Shown piece after piece: positions 7,362 to 15,122 of a DNA stretch of 32,000 nucleotides (position 1 is its first letter; every line of letters begins with the position of its first letter). Under the pieces are notes generated by a model. The model had not been told where the DNA came from, did not search any database, and was given only the letters and a program-made list of their open reading frames with translations. The translations under genes were made by a program, and so were the position numbers. The DNA comes from Planctomycetales bacterium (GTDB lineage: Bacteria; 4484-113; JAFGCY01). The stretch lies in NCBI GenBank assembly GCA_022646745.1, contig CP060262.1, positions 300,001 to 332,000 on the forward strand. The letters run 5' to 3'.

Positions 7362-10300
7362 TCATGCTCCCTCGACTGTTTTGGCAACTTGCTGCACCTG
7401 TTCGCGACGTGGCGCATCCGCCAGCCAGCGGTACAGCGCAGGCAGCACCAGAAGCGTCAGCACGGTACTCGTGATCAGCCCGCCCATCACCACCACGGCC
7501 AGCGGGCGCTGCACCTCACTGCCGGTGCCGGTGGCATACAGCAGCGGGATCAGCCCGAGGCCGGTTGTCAACGCAGTCATTAGCACCGGCCGCAGCCGCA
7601 GCAGCGCACCCTGCACACTGGCCTTGTCAACCGGCACACCGTCGCGCACCAGCTGGTTAAGGTAGGTCACCAGCACCATGCCGTTCTCCAGGGCGATGCC
7701 GAACAACGCGATGAAACCGACCGAGGCCGGCACGCTCAGGTTCTCACCGGCAATGTACAGCCCGACGATTCCGCCGACTAGAGCCAGCGGGATGTTGAGG
7801 ATGATCAGGAGCGCGTTCTTCAGGCTGTTGAAACTGGAGAACAGCAGCAGGAACACCAGCGCCAGGGTGACCGGCACCACCACCATCAGGCGGCGGTTGG
7901 CCTCCTGCTGCAGCTGGAACTGCCCGCCCCAGCTGACGATGTAGCCCGGTGGGAACTGCATCTCCCGGTCAATCGCGGCCTGCGCCTCATGCACGAAACT
8001 GCCGATGTCCCGCCCGCGCACGTTGCACTGCACGTTGATCAGGCGCTGCGTGTTCTCACGGGTGATCGCGCGTGCACCGATCGCCTTCTCGATGCGCGCC
8101 AGTGAACTGAGCGGCACGAGCTGGCCCTCCGGCGTATGCACCAGCAGCTTGCCGATCGCCTCCGGGGTGTCACGGTACTCCTCGGCGTAGCGCACCACGA
8201 TGTCCCAGCGGCGGATGCCCTCATAGATCTGCCCAGCACCGGCCCCGCCGACGGCGGCCGCGATCACTTCCTGCACCTCGCTGATGGACAGGCCGTAGCG
8301 CGCGATCGCGGCGCGGTCGATGTCGATGCGCAGCTGCGGCGTGCCGCTGATCTGGTCACTGCTGACATCTGCCGCGCCGGGCACGGTGCGGATCACCTGC
8401 TCGACCTGCGTTGCCAGCTGCTTAAGCACCTCCGTGTCCTCACCGAATATCTTGATTGCCAGTTCGGCCTTCGTGCCCGTTACGAGCTCATCAACGGCGA
8501 CGGCGATCGGCTGGCTGAAGTTGAAGGTGATGCCCGGGAAGTCCTCGAACTCGTGGCTCATCATCTCGATCAGCTCCTCGCTCGAGACCTGCCGTTTCCA
8601 CTCCGCCGGATCACGCAGCTCAACGAACACCTCACTCGAGTTGACGCCATGTGCATGCGCGCCGACCTCGCCACTGCCGGTTCGGGTGACGACGCGTGAG
8701 ACTTCCGGGAAGGCCTCCAGCAGCTGCTTTTCGAAGCGCAGCATCGCGTCGCTGCTGGTCTGCAGGCTGATGCTCGGCGCCGCCGTGGCCTGCACGAGGA
8801 TGTCACCTTCATTCAGACGCGGCACGAACTCACTGCCAAGCTGCGGGAAGGTCCAGGCGCCGATGGCCAGCATCCCGATTGCCAGCAGCACCGCCAGCCA
8901 GCGCTGGCGCACGAACAGGCTGACCAGCGGCCGGTAGGGCAGCTGCAGAATCCTCACGATCCACAGCTCCGGCTCCTCCTCGCCGGGCTTGCGCTCGACA
9001 CGCTTCTTCGGGGCGCGCATCAGCAGGTAGCTGAACACAGGTGCGAGGATGATCGCGAACATCAGCGATCCGCCCATTGCCAGCGCCACGGTGTAGGCCA
9101 GCGGGCGGAAGGTCTTGCCCTCCACGCCCTGCAGCGCGAACAGCGGGATGAACACGATGATGATGATCGAAATCGCGAACACGATCGGCTGGATCACCTC
9201 GCTGACAGCCTGCACCACCACGTGGAAGCGCGACTCGCCCGGCCGCGACTGGCGCAGCAGGCGGTCGACGTTCTCCACGATCACGATCGTGCCGTCCACC
9301 ATCATGCCGATGGCGATCGCCAGGCCACCAAGGCTCATCATGTTTGCGCTCATGCCGGTCAGCTTCATCACGATGAAGGCGAAGCCGATCGAGAACGGGA
9401 TTGACAATGCAACCACCGCGCTCGGGCGGAAGCCGCCCATGAACACCAGCAGCACCAGTGCCACGAGCGCGATGCCCTGCAGGAGCGCACTGGAGATCGT
9501 GTCCACGACCTCGCCCACGAGCGTGCCCTGGTCGTAGTAGGGCTTGACGATCACGCCTTCCGGCAGCACCTCGTTGATCTCATCGAGCCGCGCCTTGACG
9601 TCGTCAATCACCTCGTTGGAGTTGGTGCCGATCAGCTTCAGCACCATGCCGACCACGGTCTCGGTCTCGCCGTTGAGCGTCGCCGTGCCGCGCCGCACCT
9701 CGGAGCCGGGCACGACCTCCGCCACCTGGCTGAGGTAGACCGGCGTGCCGTGCTCCACCTTGACGGCGATCTGCTCGAGGGCGGCGTTGCCATCGGCCAG
9801 GCCGACGCTGCGCACCACGAACTCCTCCTCGTTCTGCACGATGAACTGCGCGCCGATGTTGGCATTGTTCGCCTCGACCGCCTCGATGATGTCGTGCAGC
9901 GACAGGTCGTAACGCAGCAGCTCTCCCGGCTTGACGAGGATGTGGTACTGCCGCACGTCTCCGCCGATGCTCAGCACCTCGGTCACGCCCGGCACGGTCT
10001 GCAGGTTGTACTTGATGATCCAGTCGTTGATCTCCCGCAGTTCCTGCGGTGTGTAACTGCCGGTGGTGTCCTCGAGGTAGTAGAACAGGATCTGGCCCAT
10101 GCCGGTGGTGGTCGGGCCCATCTCCGGTTCGCCGAAGCCCTCCGGGATCTGTTCGCGCGCGTGCCCGAGCCGTTCGCTGACGAGCTGGCGCGCGAAGTAG
10201 ATGTCCATCCCGTCCTCGAAGTAGATGTTGACAACGCTCAGGCCGTAGATGCTCACCGAGCGGATCTCGACGAGCCGCGGCAGGCCGTTCATCGCCACCT

Positions 10301-10505
10301 CGATCGGGTAGGTGACGAACTTCTCGACCTCCTCCGGCGCCAGGCCCTCGGTGACGGCGAACACCTGCACCATCGAGGGTGTGACGTCCGGGAAGGCGTC
10401 CACCTGCAGCCCGCGGTAGCTGTAGTAGCCTGCGCCGACCACGATCGCGCAGAGGATCACCATCAGGAGCCTGCTGCGCAGTATGAATTCCATGAAGTGG
10501 TTCAT
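7362..10505 (-). CDS. czcA: Heavy-metal efflux RND permease, CzcA family (HME-RND)
   Basis: 1047 aa. The N-terminus ...AFPDVTPSMVQVFAVTEGLAPEEVEKFVTYPIEVAMNGLP...YFEDGMDIYFARQLVSERL closely follows the CzcA signature (DIYFARQLV.ERL). A G-rich SD (GGGGGGA) precedes ATG 10505. The symbol denotes the family only; metal specificity is unknown. Confidence 0.95.
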   Translation of the reverse strand: MNHFMEFILRSRLLMVILCAIVVGAGYYSYRGLQVDAFPDVTPSMVQVFAVTEGLAPEEVEKFVTYPIEVAMNGLPRLVEIRSVSIYGLSVVNIYFEDGMDIYFARQLVSERLGHAREQIPEGFGEPEMGPTTTGMGQILFYYLEDTTGSYTPQELREINDWIIKYNLQTVPGVTEVLSIGGDVRQYHILVKPGELLRYDLSLHDIIEAVEANNANIGAQFIVQNEEEFVVRSVGLADGNAALEQIAVKVEHGTPVYLSQVAEVVPGSEVRRGTATLNGETETVVGMVLKLIGTNSNEVIDDVKARLDEINEVLPEGVIVKPYYDQGTLVGEVVDTISSALLQGIALVALVLLVFMGGFRPSAVVALSIPFSIGFAFIVMKLTGMSANMMSLGGLAIAIGMMVDGTIVIVENVDRLLRQSRPGESRFHVVVQAVSEVIQPIVFAISIIIIVFIPLFALQGVEGKTFRPLAYTVALAMGGSLMFAIILAPVFSYLLMRAPKKRVERKPGEEEPELWIVRILQLPYRPLVSLFVRQRWLAVLLAIGMLAIGAWTFPQLGSEFVPRLNEGDILVQATAAPSISLQTSSDAMLRFEKQLLEAFPEVSRVVTRTGSGEVGAHAHGVNSSEVFVELRDPAEWKRQVSSEELIEMMSHEFEDFPGITFNFSQPIAVAVDELVTGTKAELAIKIFGEDTEVLKQLATQVEQVIRTVPGAADVSSDQISGTPQLRIDIDRAAIARYGLSISEVQEVIAAAVGGAGAGQIYEGIRRWDIVVRYAEEYRDTPEAIGKLLVHTPEGQLVPLSSLARIEKAIGARAITRENTQRLINVQCNVRGRDIGSFVHEAQAAIDREMQFPPGYIVSWGGQFQLQQEANRRLMVVVPVTLALVFLLLFSSFNSLKNALLIILNIPLALVGGIVGLYIAGENLSVPASVGFIALFGIALENGMVLVTYLNQLVRDGVPVDKASVQGALLRLRPVLMTALTTGLGLIPLLYATGTGSEVQRPLAVVVMGGLITSTVLTLLVLPALYRWLADAPRREQVQQVAKTVEGA

Positions 10506-10514
10506 CTGTCCCCC

Positions 10515-11879
10515 CTAGTGCGCATGTCCGGCGTGCGGGTCGAATGAGCCCTTCAGCAGTTCCGCCTTCAGCTGGAAGGCGCCCTCGACGACGATCTCCT
10601 CACCGGCACTCAGCCCGTTGACGATCTCCGTCCCGCTGGCCGTGGTACGGCCGATGCTGACGACTCGCGGTTCGAATGACTCACCGTGGCGCACGAATAC
10701 CAGCTTGTCCTCATCGAGCTCGATCACGGCATCACGCGGCACCACGATGTCAACGGTGTCACCGCCTATCTCGACATGCCCGGTGACGAACAGGCCGGGG
10801 CGGAAGGCTTCGCTGGCCCGCTCCAGCACCACCCTGGCAACCGCCGTGCGGGTGGCCTCGCCGACGATCGGCTCGATGTAGTCAATGTAGCCGGTTTCCG
10901 AGGGAATGCCGTGGCCGGGATCAACCAGCACCTCGAGTCCCTCGCGCACGTCAGCCATGTCCTCGGGGTAGACGTTGAGCCGCACCCACAGGCTGTTCAG
11001 GTTGCCAATGGTGAATACCGGCTCCTCGGTGCCAACCATTTCGCCGGCGGTGACATGCTTCTCGATGATCTCGCCGGATGCCGGGGCATAGACAGTGAAG
11101 CCGGTCAGGCTGGCCTCCGGGTTGGCAATGATGCCCGCGATCTGCTCGTCACTGACTCCCAGCGCATGCAGGGTCTGCTCGATGCCACGCTTCTCGATGC
11201 GCTTCTCGTCAACGGCCTGCTTCGCCTCCAGGTAGTCCTGTTCCGCGCTGATGCCCTTCTCGACCAGCATCTGCTCACGCTTCGCAGTCTCCTCCAGCAG
11301 CTCCAGCTGGCTCAGCACCGCAAGATAAGCACTCTTGTGCTCCGCCAGCTCAGTGCTGTCAAGTTCCAGCATCACAGCCCCCTGGCGCACATTGTCACCG
11401 AGCACGTAATGCACCTTGCGCACGATGCCGCTCACGCGCGGGATCACATGCGTGACGCTGTCCTCATTGATTCCGACCTCCCCGGTCAGCTCCAGGTCTC
11501 GGCCCAGGCTCCCCGCTCCGGCCGGCGCGCTGGCAATTCCCAGCTCACGGATCTGCTGGGCATCCAGCTCGATCATCGCCGGGCCGTCATCGTGGCCCGC
11601 GTGGTCATCGTGGCCAGCATGCTCATCAGGTGGAGCGCCATCCTCAGCATGGGCTGCATGGTCGTGCTCATCCTCCGCGGGTACGGACTCGGCGTGTGCC
11701 GCATGGTCGTGTTCATCCTCCACCGGCTCCGCCTCGGCGTGCGCGGCATGGTCGTGCTCGTCATGGCTGTCCACCGCTGTGGCAGACTTGCCGCCCTGTC
11801 CGGCCGGACAGCCAGCCAGCGACAGCAGCGCAGCCAGTACGGCCAGCGCCAGTATGCAGTTCCTGTTATTCATTGTCAT
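10515..11879 (-). CDS. czcB: HME-RND periplasmic adaptor (CzcB-like) lipoprotein with a His-rich N-terminal region
   Basis: Lipobox LSLAG|C, a His-rich stretch (DEHDHAAHAE x3, then DEHAGHDDHAGHDD), a coiled hairpin region, beta-barrel-type adaptor sequence and a C-terminal DPHAGHAH tail. The track ORF reaches 11909. The ATGs at 11879 and 11873 follow a GAGG SD and overlap the czcC stop by only a few nt, so they are preferred. Confidence 0.9.
   Translation of the reverse strand: MTMNNRNCILALAVLAALLSLAGCPAGQGGKSATAVDSHDEHDHAAHAEAEPVEDEHDHAAHAESVPAEDEHDHAAHAEDGAPPDEHAGHDDHAGHDDGPAMIELDAQQIRELGIASAPAGAGSLGRDLELTGEVGINEDSVTHVIPRVSGIVRKVHYVLGDNVRQGAVMLELDSTELAEHKSAYLAVLSQLELLEETAKREQMLVEKGISAEQDYLEAKQAVDEKRIEKRGIEQTLHALGVSDEQIAGIIANPEASLTGFTVYAPASGEIIEKHVTAGEMVGTEEPVFTIGNLNSLWVRLNVYPEDMADVREGLEVLVDPGHGIPSETGYIDYIEPIVGEATRTAVARVVLERASEAFRPGLFVTGHVEIGGDTVDIVVPRDAVIELDEDKLVFVRHGESFEPRVVSIGRTTASGTEIVNGLSAGEEIVVEGAFQLKAELLKGSFDPHAGHAH
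11628..11762 (-). repeat. In-frame 3 x 45-bp tandem repeat inside czcB encoding DEHDHAAHAE-x5
   Basis: CATGGTCGTG recurs on the + strand starting at 11657, 11702 and 11747, exactly 45 bp apart. The three 15-aa units are DEHDHAAHAEAEPVE, DEHDHAAHAESVPAE and DEHDHAAHAEDGAPP. Confidence 0.9.
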
Positions 11880-13347
11880 TTTCCTCTGTTGCCTGCGGCT
11901 CCGGCTCATCCCGGATCTCGATCAGCTGCACATCCCGTTCCCCCGATGGGCCGGCCCAGTCGGCCATGCCCATGTCCAGCAGGGATTCGATCTCGGCCAC
12001 CGCCAGGCGGTACTCCACCAGTGCGGCGGTCTGCTCGCTCTCCAGCTCCAGCACAGTGCGCTGGGCATCGAGCACGTCCAGCAGGCCGAACTTGCCGTAG
12101 TGGTAGCCTTCCTCAGTCAGCGCCAGCGCTTCGTTGGCACTGGGCAGCAGGCTGCGGCCGTAGTCGCGGTAGTTGGCAAGCGCCAGCGTGGCCTGCGCAT
12201 GCAGCTGGCTGAGCTGCATCCGTGTGTCGAGCCGTGCTGCGTCACGTGCATGCTGCACCTGCTCCCGGCGGTGGTAGGCAGCGTTGATCCCGCCTTCGTT
12301 CTTGTCATGCACAGGCAGCTCCCATGCCACGCCGACCTTGAACACCGTCTCCTGGATCTCATTGAGCCGGCTGATCCCGCCGAACAGTTCGAGGTCCGAG
12401 ACCGAATTGGCATTCTCAAGTGAAAGCAGCGCATTGAGTGCGTCGTACTCCGCATCGAACCTGGCAACCGCCGGCAGTCCCTCGATCACCTGCTCCAGCT
12501 CGCTGAGCTCCAGCAGGTCCGGGCCGGCACCGTCTCCAGCATCGACCGCATCGAAATCCGGTTCACTGATTCCCATCGCCGTTGCCAGGCTGCGCAGGGA
12601 CAACTCGCTCGAGCGTTCGGCGGAGCCGATCTGCAGGTCGAGGCGTGCCAGCTCGATGTCCAGCCGCTCCAGTTCGAGCCGCGCACTGCGCCCGGCCTCG
12701 ACACTGGCAGCCACCGTGTCATAGATGTGCTGCACCAGCTGGCGGTAACGGCCAAGCTGCTCCAGCTCATAGCGGGATGATTGCGCTTCGGCATAGGCCA
12801 TGCGCACCGCCGAGCGTATCTCGTACTCCAGTTCGGCGATGTCCCATTGCACCAGTTCACCCTCCAGCCGCGCCGTGGCCTCGCGCAGGCTGCGCTTGCC
12901 GCCACGCTCGAGGGACTGGCTGTAGGTCAGGTGCGTTGCCAGCGCCTTCACGCCGGTGGCCTCCTGCGTGCCGCCGAACTCCTCGAGTTCAACCTCGACC
13001 GCCGGGTTGGGCTTGCGTCCCTGCTGGAAGGCCTCGCTCTGCATTGCCTGGTACTCGCGGCGCAGCGCGGCGATGCCGGGATGGTCAGCGAGGGCACGGC
13101 GCAAGGCATCATCGAGACTCAGCACCTGCTGGCCGCTTGCCAGCTCGATCGCACGGGTCTCGAGCGCCTCGGCCCCGAACAGCGCCTCGACGACGCCCGG
13201 TACTTCCGGGGGAGGAGCTTCGGACAGTGTGTCCTGCAAGGTCACTTCGGTCACTGTGATCGTGTCTGCCAATGCCAGGGTCGGCAGTGCCGCCAGCAGC
13301 ATCGTCAATATCAGCAATGCGCTGCATTGCCTGAAAGCAATATGCAT
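11866..13347 (-). CDS. czcC: Outer-membrane efflux factor (TolC/CzcC family)
   Basis: Signal peptide MHIAFRQCSALLILTMLLAALPTLALA|D. The protein is long, Leu/Ala/Glu/Arg-rich and coiled-coil-like, in two repeated halves typical of OMF proteins. It sits first in a C-B-A operon. GGAGAA SD upstream of ATG 13347. Confidence 0.85.
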   Translation of the reverse strand: MHIAFRQCSALLILTMLLAALPTLALADTITVTEVTLQDTLSEAPPPEVPGVVEALFGAEALETRAIELASGQQVLSLDDALRRALADHPGIAALRREYQAMQSEAFQQGRKPNPAVEVELEEFGGTQEATGVKALATHLTYSQSLERGGKRSLREATARLEGELVQWDIAELEYEIRSAVRMAYAEAQSSRYELEQLGRYRQLVQHIYDTVAASVEAGRSARLELERLDIELARLDLQIGSAERSSELSLRSLATAMGISEPDFDAVDAGDGAGPDLLELSELEQVIEGLPAVARFDAEYDALNALLSLENANSVSDLELFGGISRLNEIQETVFKVGVAWELPVHDKNEGGINAAYHRREQVQHARDAARLDTRMQLSQLHAQATLALANYRDYGRSLLPSANEALALTEEGYHYGKFGLLDVLDAQRTVLELESEQTAALVEYRLAVAEIESLLDMGMADWAGPSGERDVQLIEIRDEPEPQATEENDNE

Positions 13348-13411
13348 GGAATCTTCTCCGGGAATGTGGAATGCAAAGGGCGGGCCGGGCGGCCCATCAG
13401 GAGAAGTCGGT

Positions 13412-13888
13412 TTAGATCAGCAGGCAGGTTGACTCGGCAACGAGCTCAGCCGCAGTGGGCGGTGAACCATCCTGACAGTCCACGAAAAGGGAATTGCTCG
13501 CTCCGGAGCTGGAAACCGCTGCCGTTTCAAAGCTGTAAAGGCAGCCACCAAGCCAGTGATGCACGGCAATGGTCTTTGCCTTGGCTAGCCGGTTGACCGG
13601 GCTGGCATGCAGCACCTGATCCTGGCAGGAAGCACAGTGGCGGTGGGAATAACTTTCCTGTCCCGGTCCGCTATGCGCATGCATTTCAGCTTCACTGCAT
13701 TCTTCGCAGGCTTCACGGGCGCTGGAAATGCACTGGCCGTTGACGGCCTGCTCGAGGCGCGGCAGCTGGCCTGATTCGTGGCAGAGCACGAACTGCATCG
13801 GCGAAGGGCTGGAGAGCACGAGCAGCACAAGGCAGATGCGCACCGTGTGGCGCGCGAATGCGGTGAATGCTGTCTGCCTGAATGCCAT
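13412..13888 (-). CDS. Cys/His-rich small hypothetical protein with an N-terminal hydrophobic segment, first gene of the czc operon
   Basis: 158 aa, AGGAAGG just upstream of ATG 13888. The hydrophobic N-terminus (VRICLVLLVLSS) is followed by clustered Cys/His (CHESG, CISSAREACEEC, MHAHSG, SHRHCASC, HH). It is co-directional with czcC and ends 64 nt upstream of it. Codon usage looks native. I recognise no family. Confidence 0.55.
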   Translation of the reverse strand: MAFRQTAFTAFARHTVRICLVLLVLSSPSPMQFVLCHESGQLPRLEQAVNGQCISSAREACEECSEAEMHAHSGPGQESYSHRHCASCQDQVLHASPVNRLAKAKTIAVHHWLGGCLYSFETAAVSSSGASNSLFVDCQDGSPPTAAELVAESTCLLI

Positions 13889-14030
13889 GCCTTCCTGATC
13901 CGGGGATGCCCCCGACCGCGCAGATTACCATGCCCTTCGCCGCAGTGTCAATTCGCGGCAGGCCAGTGATAATCAACTATCAACTGTATTAGGACTATCT
14001 CAATATCTGGCATATACTGCGCATCAGCGG

Positions 14031-15122
14031 ATGACCGGCAAGGAACAGATAGATAGTCCATCAGAAGTAGATGGAAGCAGGTCGGAGCTGGATGCTTTGC
14101 GCATGTTGCTGCGTTGCATGCTGCTTGTCGCAGCCTGCCTGTTGGCAAGCCAGCTGTTCCTGGCGGCCTTTGTCGCCCGGGATCTTGGCCTCGGTGAGCT
14201 TGGCAGGCTGCCTGTGCTGCATGAGTGGTACCGCAGCCATGCCATTGAGCCGCAGTCCGGAGTCGTGGTACTGGGTGACAGCCTCGGGCGTTCGGCATTC
14301 AATGCCAGGTATGTGAATGAGTCTGCGGCAAGCGGCCAGCCACCGGCCTGGAACCTTGCGAGTTCCGCCCGCAGCTACCCCGAGATGCTGCTGGACATCG
14401 GGCAGCCGGCGCTGTCCGAATCAACCATCCTGCTGTTCGTGTCTCCGGTGACGAGCTTCAACCCCAGCAAGCTGTCAATCAACCCGCGCAAGGCCAACAC
14501 CTATGCGCTGCTCGGCCTGCCAGCTCAGTTCAGTGGCAACGTGGAACGGTACGGCAGCGTACTCGATGAGCAGTCCATGGCGCTGATGGACCGCCCACGC
14601 TGGCAGCAGCTGGCCTACGCCCGCTGGCGCCTGCCGGAATGGCTGAAGGACTCGCTGCAGGTCAGCTTCGGTGCCAACCGCGAGCGCCACAGGTACCTGC
14701 TCGGTGAATACAACACCGACCTTTCCTATCCACGCTTCGACCGCGCACTGGACAGCGAGGGGCTGGCCCGGGCGGTGGATGCCCGCATCGGACTGTTGCA
14801 CGACCCCGGCTACTGCGGCATCACTGAGGAGCGTTGCCAGCAGGCCCTGCGCGACATCGTCGACGGCCTAGCGAACACCGGCAGCGATCTGGTGGTCGTG
14901 ATGTACCCGCTGCACCCTGCATATAAGGACTGGCTTGCGCGCGAGTATCCGCAGTACGGTGCGGAATGGCTGCAGGAAGTGCTTGGCCCTGGGCGGCGGA
15001 TCATCGACCTAAGCGACTACAGCGTGGAAGGCCTGTTCCGTGACGACCTGCACATCAGTGACGATGCCTCCGTCTCATTGACGGAGCACCTGCTGCGGCA
15101 GCTGCGGGAGGACGGAAGCTAG
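14031..15122 (+). CDS. Membrane-anchored SGNH/GDSL-type hydrolase-fold protein (acyltransferase partner of the MBOAT)
   Basis: N-terminal TM segment (MLLRCMLLVAACLLASQLFLAAFVA), block I VVVLGDSLG (nucleophile Ser), and near the C-terminus FRDDLHISD (the DxxH Asp/His pair). The stop TAG 15120-15122 abuts the MBOAT start codon. The start at 14031 lacks a clear SD, so the N-terminus is uncertain. Confidence 0.8.
   Translation: MTGKEQIDSPSEVDGSRSELDALRMLLRCMLLVAACLLASQLFLAAFVARDLGLGELGRLPVLHEWYRSHAIEPQSGVVVLGDSLGRSAFNARYVNESAASGQPPAWNLASSARSYPEMLLDIGQPALSESTILLFVSPVTSFNPSKLSINPRKANTYALLGLPAQFSGNVERYGSVLDEQSMALMDRPRWQQLAYARWRLPEWLKDSLQVSFGANRERHRYLLGEYNTDLSYPRFDRALDSEGLARAVDARIGLLHDPGYCGITEERCQQALRDIVDGLANTGSDLVVVMYPLHPAYKDWLAREYPQYGAEWLQEVLGPGRRIIDLSDYSVEGLFRDDLHISDDASVSLTEHLLRQLREDGS

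Noticed and set aside
7361-7417. A longer version of the PII ORF (track 7019-7417, 132 aa) overlapping the czcA 3' end by 56 nt.
   Set aside because: The extra 19 residues (MRHVANRCSKLPKQSREHD) have no counterpart in PII proteins. The internal ATG at 7360 gives the canonical MKxIxAxIKPFK N-terminus and has an AGGGAG SD.
10686-12212. Very long ORFs antisense to recognised genes. Examples: 10686-12212 (+) and 11416-12423 (+) over czcB/czcC; 18712-20235 (-) and 19850-21109 (-) over the second RND pump; 23586-24521 (-) over the esterase; 24556-25701 (+) over the lipoprotein; 27166-27984 (-) over the ankyrin gene; 3311-3955 (+) over the cupin; 5389-6093 (-) over HDOD1.
   Set aside because: High-GC genomes routinely leave mirror frames open. 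These translations are Arg/Ala/Gly/His/Gln-rich low-complexity strings without motifs. The opposite strand in each case encodes a protein with clear family signatures, signal peptides and SD sequences.
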